DNA from: Escherichia phage RB32
DNA length: 64,000 nucleotides
Sequence record: NC_008515.1
Direction: 5' to 3' (one strand)
Each line of letters opens with the position of its first letter. Position 1 is the stretch's first letter. A program made the translations under genes and the position numbers. The notes beneath the pieces are model-generated. The model did not search any database. It saw only the letters and a list, made by a program, of their open reading frames with translations, and was not told the origin of the DNA. Shown here one piece after another: positions 56,448-64,000 of the stretch.

Positions 56448-57029
56448 CTAACCGAGTTTTTTAGTTAATTCATTCCAATGTTTTCTACACAAAGAAACAT
56501 AAATTTCATCACCAATACAGATTTGATTACCTTCTTTAACGGGTGTTCCATCTTCCATTAATCGAGCTGTCATAATAGCTTTTTTACCACAATGACAAAC
56601 TGCCTTTAGTTCAATAAGTTTATCTGCAATCGCCAAAAGTTCTTTAGAACCTTCAAACAATTTTCCAGCGAAATCAGTCCTTAATCCATAAGCCATAACA
56701 GGAACATTATATGTATCAACAATTCGGCTCAATTGATGCACCTGTTCAGTTTTTAAAAACTGGGCTTCATCTACAAATACGCAATGAATATCTTTTTGTG
56801 CTTCAGCCCATTTATAGAACTCGAAAATATCCATATCATCTGTAATAATATTCGCTTCCTGCTTAATTCCAATGCGAGAAACGACTTCACAGACAGAATC
56901 ACGAGTATCAATAGCAGGCTTAAGAACTAATACACTCATTCCACGTTCTTTATAATTGTGTGCAGCAGTCAAAAGAGAAGCAGATTTTCCAGCATTCATT
57001 GCTGCATAAGTAAAAATTAAACTCGCCAT
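56448..57029 (-). CDS. tk: thymidine kinase
   Basis: 193-aa ORF, P-loop NAGKSASLL, zinc site CHCGKKA; length equals T4 Tk. Confidence 0.9.
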   Translation of the reverse strand: MASLIFTYAAMNAGKSASLLTAAHNYKERGMSVLVLKPAIDTRDSVCEVVSRIGIKQEANIITDDMDIFEFYKWAEAQKDIHCVFVDEAQFLKTEQVHQLSRIVDTYNVPVMAYGLRTDFAGKLFEGSKELLAIADKLIELKAVCHCGKKAIMTARLMEDGTPVKEGNQICIGDEIYVSLCRKHWNELTKKLG

Positions 57030-57030
57030 C

Positions 57031-57219
57031 TTAGTCCTTAGTTAAATTTTCTAAATATGTTTCTAAATCATTTTCAGCTTTATCGATAGATTTTACTAAT
57101 TCATAATATGTTTCGGCATCTCCATAATCAGAAGATAATTCAAAAGACAAATCCTTTTCTAAACTAATAATTTCACCAACTAAAAATAATATTTCGTTCT
57201 TTTGTTCGCGAGTAATCAT
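57031..57219 (-). CDS. small acidic helical protein (tk.1 position)
   Basis: 62-aa ORF MITREQKNEILFLVGEIISLEKDL... Confidence 0.5.
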   Translation of the reverse strand: MITREQKNEILFLVGEIISLEKDLSFELSSDYGDAETYYELVKSIDKAENDLETYLENLTKD

Positions 57220-57401
57220 AAGGAATTTATATAATTAATAAGTTCTTGTTCTTTATTATCGAATTCTTTAGAAAGTTCTTCGTACTCGTTTGCACTAAAA
57301 GGACCGCATTCATTACAAACTTTTTCCAATTCACTATTTTTATCCATAACTTCATGGATAAGAGAAAAGAGTTTGTCTTTTTGTTCTTTGCTTAGGCTCA
57401 T
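57216..57401 (-). CDS. small acidic helical protein (tk.2 position), paralogue of tk.1-like ORF
   Basis: 61-aa ORF MSLSKEQKDKLFSLIHEVMDKNSEL... Confidence 0.5.
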   Translation of the reverse strand: MSLSKEQKDKLFSLIHEVMDKNSELEKVCNECGPFSANEYEELSKEFDNKEQELINYINSL

Positions 57402-57571
57402 ATATTAATTTCCAGAAGTTTTAAAATAATTCGCTTTTGCTTAAATATTTCCATAGTTAAATGATCAGTATCTTTTTGACCAATTCCAATAGCAAAACCT
57501 TTATTAGCAACGAGTTCAATTAAATTATCAAGTTCACGTGACACTTCATATTGTAACTCAGAACTATTCAT
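57398..57571 (-). CDS. small hypothetical protein (tk.3 position), below ORF-track cutoff
   Basis: 57-codon ORF read by hand (MNSSELQYEVSRELDNLIELVANKGFAIGIGQKDTDHLTMEIFKQKRIILKLLEINI); ATGA-coupled at both ends. Confidence 0.4.
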   Translation of the reverse strand: MNSSELQYEVSRELDNLIELVANKGFAIGIGQKDTDHLTMEIFKQKRIILKLLEINI

Positions 57572-57795
57572 TTCGGTTTACCTTCTTTAACGAAATCTGG
57601 ATAAGGATAAAATCCCGAATAAAATCCTTCACCTTTATGATTGATGCATCCTTTATTAGAACAATAGCACCAATAATCGAAATCACAAGCCATTTCATCA
57701 TTACATAAAGCAAAAACAACCGGCCATTTACACTTTTCACAATGGGCATTTTTAAGAATACTAGTTTGGCTCATAACCATGTAACCTTTAAGCAA
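57568..57795 (-). CDS. cysteine-rich small protein (probable zinc-binding)
   Basis: 75-aa ORF with CEKCKW...CNDEMACDFDYWCYCSNKGCINH. Confidence 0.5.
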   Translation of the reverse strand: MLKGYMVMSQTSILKNAHCEKCKWPVVFALCNDEMACDFDYWCYCSNKGCINHKGEGFYSGFYPYPDFVKEGKPK

Positions 57796-57998
57796 TATTC
57801 TTCTACATGTTGTTTACGACCTTTCTTATCAATAAAGGTATATTCAACGAATGTTCCAATGTAGTCTTTATCTACATCATGTGGACTATTAATTGGACAT
57901 TTAGTACGACAAATGCGTTCCCATTGACGAATAATTACTGTCTTATTCTTTGGGTCATATGGATGTGGATAATGTATATTCATAATAATGGTTCCCAA
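57771..57998 (-). CDS. hypothetical protein
   Basis: 75-aa ORF. Confidence 0.45.
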   Translation of the reverse strand: MGTIIMNIHYPHPYDPKNKTVIIRQWERICRTKCPINSPHDVDKDYIGTFVEYTFIDKKGRKQHVEEYCLKVTWL

Positions 57999-58447
57999 TC
58001 AACAATCACAATTTCTAATTTAGAGGAATATGTATCTAAAATCCCCTCAATAATATCCCAGTTCCCTTTACCTATGCCTGCACCAATCCTAGGCATATAG
58101 ATTGTAGGTTTAGTCAGTTTATTTTCACCAAACTCATTTAATTCTAACATACAATTCATTAAAGCGGAATACTCAAAATTTGGCCCTGGTTGAAATTGAG
58201 TATAAAGATTAAAGCAATACGCTTTATGAGTCCTAAAGTATTTTTCATAGACTGAGTAAGAACCGAGTTTAGTTACATCACCACATTCAGTCTGTAATTT
58301 ATCAGCTTCCAAAATTTTAGGGAAAGCTTTGGTTAATTGACCCGCTACACCTGAACCCATAGTATGAAAACAATTGCATCCATGCGCAATATTTTTACCT
58401 TCAGCGAAAAGGGCGACAATATCGCCCTTGATATATTTTACAATCAT
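57980..58447 (-). CDS. macro-domain-like protein (ADP-ribose binding/processing fold)
   Basis: 155-aa ORF; N-terminus IVKYIKGDIVALFAEGKNIAHGCNCFHTMGSGVAGQL resembles macrodomain GD[IV]...N.AN....GGGV pattern. Confidence 0.5.
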   Translation of the reverse strand: MIVKYIKGDIVALFAEGKNIAHGCNCFHTMGSGVAGQLTKAFPKILEADKLQTECGDVTKLGSYSVYEKYFRTHKAYCFNLYTQFQPGPNFEYSALMNCMLELNEFGENKLTKPTIYMPRIGAGIGKGNWDIIEGILDTYSSKLEIVIVDWEPLL

Positions 58448-58791
58448 CTAGTACTCAATCCTCGATTATAAGAATCTACCAAACGGTCAACCATTGAATG
58501 ACAAGCGGCTTTATCTTTCTCCTCCGCAACTGAACATTCTAAGGTATTCCACTTTTTAGCATATCGTTTTAATAATGTATCGTTTTTGTATCTGCTTGAT
58601 TTATCTCTTTCTCCGTCTTTATATGCATATATTAATTTCTGTGCAAATTCAGCTTGGCATGCTTTATTTTTCCCACAATAATCTGCCGCAGTGCGGTTTA
58701 CATATTCTCTAATTTCAGTATATGATGTATCTGCTGACGCAGAAGCAGAAAATGAAATTAATCCTATACATAAAACCAAAATTTTAGTCAT
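58444..58791 (-). CDS. secreted/periplasmic protein (cleavable signal peptide)
   Basis: 115-aa ORF, N-terminus MTKILVLCIGLISFSASASA. Confidence 0.55.
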   Translation of the reverse strand: MTKILVLCIGLISFSASASADTSYTEIREYVNRTAADYCGKNKACQAEFAQKLIYAYKDGERDKSSRYKNDTLLKRYAKKWNTLECSVAEEKDKAACHSMVDRLVDSYNRGLSTR

Positions 58792-59329
58792 TTACTATTT
58801 CCAAAAGTTTATTATTTTTAAGGTAATTAGCCTTTTCTAGGACTTCAGAAGCATATTTAGAACCTGCTTTAACATTCCATCCCGAATTATAAGAGGATAT
58901 TGCTTTTCTTATATCGCCCTTATGTATATTTAACCAATAAGAAAGTTCAATGTACGCCCAGGAAGCTGAATTGGATCGTTTATTCAACATTCTTTTTATT
59001 TCAGCATCGGTCATATTATAACCAAGTTCCTTAACTCTTGCTCGCATAGTAGGCAAATAATTTTGGAACATTCCGTAGGCATGATGCTTTGGTTTAGATT
59101 TTAAATTAACTCCGCCAGAGCTTTCTTGCCATAAAATAGCAGCCATTATATGACCTAATCCGCTCTTGTGGATATTTTTATGTGTTTTATATTTTCCATC
59201 CTTAGAAAATTGTTCCCCGAATTGATACGCGTAACGCATGTTATCGAGTTGGACATTACTGAAAGTATGCTCGGAGCTATGTGCCATCATTGAAATGGCC
59301 AATAGACCAGCGAGTAGTGCTTTTCTCAT
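58784..59329 (-). CDS. secreted lytic-transglycosylase-domain protein
   Basis: 181-aa ORF with signal peptide MRKALLAGLLAISMMAHS and SLT-like motifs ILWQESSG, AYGMFQ, SYNSG. Confidence 0.6.
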   Translation of the reverse strand: MRKALLAGLLAISMMAHSSEHTFSNVQLDNMRYAYQFGEQFSKDGKYKTHKNIHKSGLGHIMAAILWQESSGGVNLKSKPKHHAYGMFQNYLPTMRARVKELGYNMTDAEIKRMLNKRSNSASWAYIELSYWLNIHKGDIRKAISSYNSGWNVKAGSKYASEVLEKANYLKNNKLLEIVND

Positions 59330-59336
59330 GCTTACC

Positions 59337-59798
59337 TCATTGAGTTTTAATTACTGCTTTAGAAGCCTTTCCTGGTAAACGACGACTATTGATAATTGCC
59401 ATCCTGCACTGAAGTGACGGGTCTTTGAACTTCGCATTAGGTTTACAAACTGTAAATCCAAGCCAAAGATTTCCATCTGTGATTTCTAAACGTCCAGGAC
59501 GATATTCAACCCCATCAATAAAATCCTCGTCAATGTCAGGACGCGGAGGCATACTCAGGAATTCATTAACTTCTAAAACATGGTCTTTTATTTTATGGAA
59601 TAATTCAAAAACGTATGTCTCATCAATCTCCCGTTGAATTGCGCGATCAAGAAGATGCTGAGAATATTTTAGATGAAACGATGAGACCCCTGCTGCTTTT
59701 GATGCCTCACGAATCTCATTGTTAATTTGACGAAACTCCGACTCAAAGTGACGACGAAGCTTATTTCGACGGATAAAAACTTCTGTATTGATAGTCAT
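59337..59798 (-). CDS. regB: endoribonuclease RegB
   Basis: 153-aa ORF; length and position (between tk/vs region and the IP/e region) as T4 RegB. Confidence 0.75.
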   Translation of the reverse strand: MTINTEVFIRRNKLRRHFESEFRQINNEIREASKAAGVSSFHLKYSQHLLDRAIQREIDETYVFELFHKIKDHVLEVNEFLSMPPRPDIDEDFIDGVEYRPGRLEITDGNLWLGFTVCKPNAKFKDPSLQCRMAIINSRRLPGKASKAVIKTQ

Positions 59799-59825
59799 GT
59801 TATTCTCCTCTTAACTGATAGAAAA

Positions 59826-59855
59826 ATTATACCACAGTCAAGAGGAAAAGTAAAC
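59826..59855 (-). promoter_or_regulatory. early promoter (-35 GTTTAC, 18-bp spacer, -10 TATAAT)
   Basis: minus strand GTTTACttttcctcttgactgtggTATAAT upstream of regB. Confidence 0.5.
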
Positions 59856-59857
59856 AA

Positions 59858-60136
59858 TTATTCTTTAAATCTAATCAATTTATTCATAGACTTTGAAACT
59901 TCTGCACGAACCTCATGTAGATTTTTGAGCTGTTCAAGACGCTGCGTATAGTAAGCAATTTCATCTTCTTCGAGACAGTCCTGTGAATCTTCTTTAAGAT
60001 AACGTGTATAGTCCTGAAAAGCGTTACGAACTACTTCCTGGAAATCATCAAGACTTTGAATTTTCTTAGTAGCAGCAGATACATGACGAGGGGCAGTATA
60101 ATACTCATAACCAAACCCTGCGCTTAATTGAGCCAT
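59858..60136 (-). CDS. hypothetical protein
   Basis: ORF track 59858..60178; internal Met [13 protein letters not shown] gives TAATG-type coupling. Confidence 0.45.
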   Translation of the reverse strand: MAQLSAGFGYEYYTAPRHVSAATKKIQSLDDFQEVVRNAFQDYTRYLKEDSQDCLEEDEIAYYTQRLEQLKNLHEVRAEVSKSMNKLIRFKE

Positions 60137-60402
60137 TAGTATTTTTCCTCTGGTTGGAACACTGCACGACAAGCCCACATACTGGCTTCTTTGAGTTTCG
60201 TTTTAGCAATAGTTAACTGATCGAGGCTTTCGGCGTAATTCTTCACGAGTTCATCATCTTCACAATTATCTAGTGCTTCCCAGAATTCATCATACAAAGC
60301 ATCAAAGATAAGTCCTAAACGAACTTCAGCATCTTTGATAGCATTCACTTTACTGATTTTATCGTCAGTATGTGGCTTATAACCTTTAATGTCTTCAATC
60401 AT
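60136..60402 (-). CDS. hypothetical protein
   Basis: ORF track 60136..60438; internal Met at 60402. Confidence 0.45.
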   Translation of the reverse strand: MIEDIKGYKPHTDDKISKVNAIKDAEVRLGLIFDALYDEFWEALDNCEDDELVKNYAESLDQLTIAKTKLKEASMWACRAVFQPEEKY

Positions 60403-60616
60403 ATTTGACTTCCTCACCAGTACATAAATCGTATTCAACTAAACGAATAGGTTCATGAATGCCATATCCCTGAACAGAAATTTCTGTCGTAGGATAAATT
60501 CCGTCAATATCACCCATATTCCACGCTTCATTAAATTGCTGTTCGCCTGAATTACTAAACCACTCGGCGAAAGCATTTAGAACATCTTTAGAACCTTCAA
60601 TAATTATCTTTGCCAT
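60395..60616 (-). CDS. hypothetical protein
   Basis: 73-aa ORF. Confidence 0.5.
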   Translation of the reverse strand: MAKIIIEGSKDVLNAFAEWFSNSGEQQFNEAWNMGDIDGIYPTTEISVQGYGIHEPIRLVEYDLCTGEEVKYD

Positions 60617-60978
60617 TACAAACTCTCGGTGAAGGTACGAGCGATAACGTCGCGCTGCTGTTCCGGAGTCAGAGAGTTAAAGCGAACTGCATAACCGGAT
60701 ACACGGATGGTCAGCTGCGGATATTTTTCCGGATGCTTAACTGCATCTTCCAGAGTTTCACGACGCAGAACGTTAACGTTCAGGTGTTGACCACCTTCAA
60801 TTTTAACTGTAGGCTGTGGCTCAATTTCAATTTCACGGGCATGCAAACCATAGAAAATTTCTGGGTCTACAAAAGAGTCCTCTTTAAAGGTTTTAGAAAC
60901 GATAATTCGTGCTTGAATACCATCTTCAAAATAAATAGTACCTTTATGTGTGCCTTCAAGAATTTGATATGCTTTCAT
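60616..60978 (-). CDS. autonomous glycyl-radical cofactor (GrcA/YfiD-like)
   Basis: 120-aa ORF; C-terminal ...[56 protein letters not shown] carries the RVSGY glycyl-radical motif; 3' half is GC-rich with host-like codons. Confidence 0.8.
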   Translation of the reverse strand: MKAYQILEGTHKGTIYFEDGIQARIIVSKTFKEDSFVDPEIFYGLHAREIEIEPQPTVKIEGGQHLNVNVLRRETLEDAVKHPEKYPQLTIRVSGYAVRFNSLTPEQQRDVIARTFTESL

Positions 60979-60985
60979 ATAAACC

Positions 60986-61315
60986 TCAATTAGAAAATAA
61001 ATTTATCCAAGATTGTTCTTTAATTAAAAATGGCTCAGAATCATATGCCATTAAACTTTGCGTAATTAATCCTTTAAAAGGTCCATCAATAAATTCCATG
61101 GTAAAATATGGAATTTTATTCATTAGCCGTGCATTAGGAGCCGTGCACAAAACTCTGCATCCTTTGAATACACCTTTTTGTAATTTGTATTGCTTGGGAT
61201 AAAATTCGCTCAAAATGTTATTATTTGCTAAAATTTCAAAATGATTCACCAATTTATTTTTAATAGTTTTTGGCGAAAAATAAAGATATTCGAAAAGCTG
61301 AGTGTCTGTCATCAT
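60986..61315 (-). CDS. hypothetical protein (possibly C-terminal part of a frameshifted gene)
   Basis: ORF track 60986..61366; internal Met [10 protein letters not shown]; overlaps upstream ORF in another frame. Confidence 0.4.
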   Translation of the reverse strand: MMTDTQLFEYLYFSPKTIKNKLVNHFEILANNNILSEFYPKQYKLQKGVFKGCRVLCTAPNARLMNKIPYFTMEFIDGPFKGLITQSLMAYDSEPFLIKEQSWINLFSN

Positions 61316-61851
61316 TGCATTCCGATTACGAAAAACTGTGGACGAGTAATACCACCAATACAACATTTAATATTACAGCAGCAGTGTACAGTGTCAATAT
61401 GGACACTATAAATCTTATCCATATCAGGAGATTTGACGGGCTCATCAATTATATACAAAATTCGCGAAAGCGATAAACCTCTGAACTTGCTTCCTTTATT
61501 ACCAATAAAACTGCGCACAGAATCAGTAAATAAACGAAAACGTATATCATCATTAGAATAACGCGAAAATTCCTTTTTAATGTTATTTGCAGAAATTTTA
61601 GCGTAAGCTGAAGTATTAGAAAGAACAATAACTGTTCCGCCATCATACAACCAATTAGCAGCAAAGTTAGTCACAGCAATTGATTTACCGGATTGACGTC
61701 CACCATCTAGTCGAAGTGTGCAATACTGTTTAAGTAAGTCTTCAAATGGTGGAATATAATCGTTTTTACAAATTTCTTCTACTCTAGCATCAGAATGGTG
61801 TGTAAAAGCATTCATCAGGGATAGATAAGGACCAGTTAAAAATGTTCTCAT
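61312..61851 (-). CDS. P-loop NTPase-like protein (possibly truncated/frameshifted)
   Basis: ORF track 61312..61899; start MRTFLTGPYLSL; Walker A-like GGRQSGKS, Walker B-like ILYIIDEP; odd Cys-rich C-terminal tail. Confidence 0.4.
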   Translation of the reverse strand: MRTFLTGPYLSLMNAFTHHSDARVEEICKNDYIPPFEDLLKQYCTLRLDGGRQSGKSIAVTNFAANWLYDGGTVIVLSNTSAYAKISANNIKKEFSRYSNDDIRFRLFTDSVRSFIGNKGSKFRGLSLSRILYIIDEPVKSPDMDKIYSVHIDTVHCCCNIKCCIGGITRPQFFVIGMQ

Positions 61852-62004
61852 TTTATTCTCTCTAGGTTTGGGCCATTCCATGGCGCATGAATTGTCCATT
61901 TCTGTATTTACCCATTACCGCACTTGGGCTCGACCTTATTACAGGTTGGCGGGAATCCCTCACAGAATCATGAGGTCCAGCTTGTTCCCATATTTCTTAT
62001 TTGC

Positions 62005-62478
62005 TTATTTGAATGATTTAACGTACTGAATAGAACCTTTACTATTCACGAAAGCGATTTTACCATTTTTATTATACATTGTAGCAGTACGTTGATAGCC
62101 ATAAGTTTGTTTACCAGATTGATAACCAACTAATGCGAAATTATCTTCACCCATTTTATTCTGTTTAGCGCGAATACGTTCATGACCATGTGCCATAAGA
62201 ACCTTAGCATCACCGGTTGCAATGGATCGACGAGTTTTTTCATCTTCAACTGTATTAACAAAGTCGTCAAATGAATCAAATTTAGCATGAGATTTATTAT
62301 ACAGTTTTCCATCTACTGCATAATTATATCCCTGTACATCCATCTCAACTTCTGTACCATCATCCAGTACAGCAGTGATTTTCTGTCCTTTTTTAAATTT
62401 CAAAAGATCAGTAAAAGATTCAGCAATAATTTGAGAATTAATAGCTGCTTCAGTAATAAATTCTTGATATGTTTTCAT
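62005..62478 (-). CDS. internal protein with capsid-targeting sequence (IP-locus protein)
   Basis: 157-aa ORF starting MKTYQEFITEA, the conserved T4 internal-protein CTS; located just upstream of e as the IP locus. Confidence 0.7.
   Translation of the reverse strand: MKTYQEFITEAAINSQIIAESFTDLLKFKKGQKITAVLDDGTEVEMDVQGYNYAVDGKLYNKSHAKFDSFDDFVNTVEDEKTRRSIATGDAKVLMAHGHERIRAKQNKMGEDNFALVGYQSGKQTYGYQRTATMYNKNGKIAFVNSKGSIQYVKSFK
62177..62209. repeat. 33-bp exact repeat shared with rpbA (30352..30384)
   Basis: cgttcatgaccatgtgccataagaaccttagca occurs in both genes, encoding [11 protein letters not shown] in each. Confidence 0.85.
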
Positions 62479-62538
62479 GTGTATCCTTTAAATGTAAATA
62501 TTTTAATTAATAATTTATCTCTTCAAGTAACTGTGAAT

Positions 62539-62568
62539 ATACTATCACAATTCTAGAAGAAAGTAAAC
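62539..62568 (-). promoter_or_regulatory. early promoter (-35 GTTTAC, -10 TAGTAT)
   Basis: minus strand GTTTACtttcttctagaattgtgaTAGTAT upstream of the IP gene. Confidence 0.4.
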
Positions 62569-62572
62569 AACT

Positions 62573-63545
<973 letters not shown>

Positions 63546-63611
63546 TTTAATTTCCTACAATCACTCACAAACTCTTTCATTGATTCATTTTCAATATAAG
63601 ACATGTAGCTA

Positions 63612-63908
63612 TTATATTCTTTTAATTGTATTTTGTAATCTTTTTTTTTTTCTTTGCCAATTTATTTTAAAATTATCATAATGAAAATATAACATGGTAC
63701 CAAAGAATGAAAATAATGAAATAATTTTAGTATAGTGAAGTTCACTCCAAACTTCTATTATATTTACTGTGCCGTCGATGTTTAAAATAAGACAGTCAAT
63801 TAACAATCCAAAAAGACTACCCGCAAGAGCTGCAGCCAACGCCACAGCAAAAATTAAAAATGACTCAGGAAGCGAATATTTGACTTTATTTAGTTTTGGC
63901 TTTTGCAT
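63612..63908 (-). CDS. membrane protein
   Basis: 98-aa ORF with hydrophobic segments FLIFAVALAAALAGSLFGLLI and IISLFSFFGTMLYF. Confidence 0.5.
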   Translation of the reverse strand: MQKPKLNKVKYSLPESFLIFAVALAAALAGSLFGLLIDCLILNIDGTVNIIEVWSELHYTKIISLFSFFGTMLYFHYDNFKINWQRKKKRLQNTIKRI

Positions 63909-64000
63909 CGTGATTCCTTAACAAATTTCATAATTTCATCAAATTCATACGCAGCAAGTTTAAGCTGGTGTTCCTTTTTAATCTTTTTACACTGTGCTTT
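63892..64000 (-). CDS. C-terminal fragment of a gene continuing beyond the window end
   Basis: open frame from the window edge to a stop at 63892 (...KAQCKKIKKEHQLKLAAYEFDEIMKFVKESRCKSQN). Confidence 0.3.

Noticed and set aside
57564-57749. 61-aa ORF overlapping the Cys-rich 75-aa ORF
   Set aside because: Alternative frame on the same strand with a hydrophobic low-complexity translation; the Cys-rich frame is ATGA-coupled to its neighbours.
60610-61202. Plus-strand ORFs 60610..60993 and 60948..61202 opposite the GrcA-like gene
   Set aside because: Antisense to a gene with a diagnostic glycyl-radical motif; translations are low complexity.
61449-61664. 71-aa minus-strand ORF within the P-loop ORF region
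   Set aside because: Alternative frame, hydrophobic low-complexity product, no RBS.

Overview
This window is the first ~64 kb of a T-even (T4-like, Tequatrovirus-type) myovirus genome, starting at the rIIA stop codon. Gene identities rest on my recollection of T4 protein sequences, lengths and gene order plus motifs read from the supplied translations; no database search was run. Almost all genes are on the minus strand, in tightly packed, often ATGA/TAATG-coupled early and middle transcription units. Recognised core genes, in order: rIIA, 39 (unsplit 39+60 topoisomerase subunit), cef, motB, dexA, dda, modA, modB, soc, 56, 61, sp, dmd, 41, 40, uvsX, a glycosyltransferase, 42, imm, 43, regA, 62, 44, 45, rpbA, 46, 47, a-gt, 55, nrdH, nrdG, nrdD, 49, pin, nrdC, rI, tk, regB, an internal protein, e and nudE. 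Between them lie many small or uncharacterised ORFs, two homing-endonuclease genes (HNH on the plus strand, GIY-YIG on the minus strand), and repeated terminator-hairpin plus early-promoter modules. No tRNA, rRNA, CRISPR array or integrase was seen. The most interesting material is in the accessory regions: four tandem coiled-coil-tailed genes at 44.7-48.7 kb, an ATPase/nucleotidyltransferase/membrane-protein cluster at 50.1-53.4 kb, the small-gene island between primase and helicase, and several short duplications of gene 3' ends that flank apparent gene insertions. Relative to T4 as I recall it, mobA, segF, dam, mobC, the gene 60 bypass element and the nrdD intron are absent.
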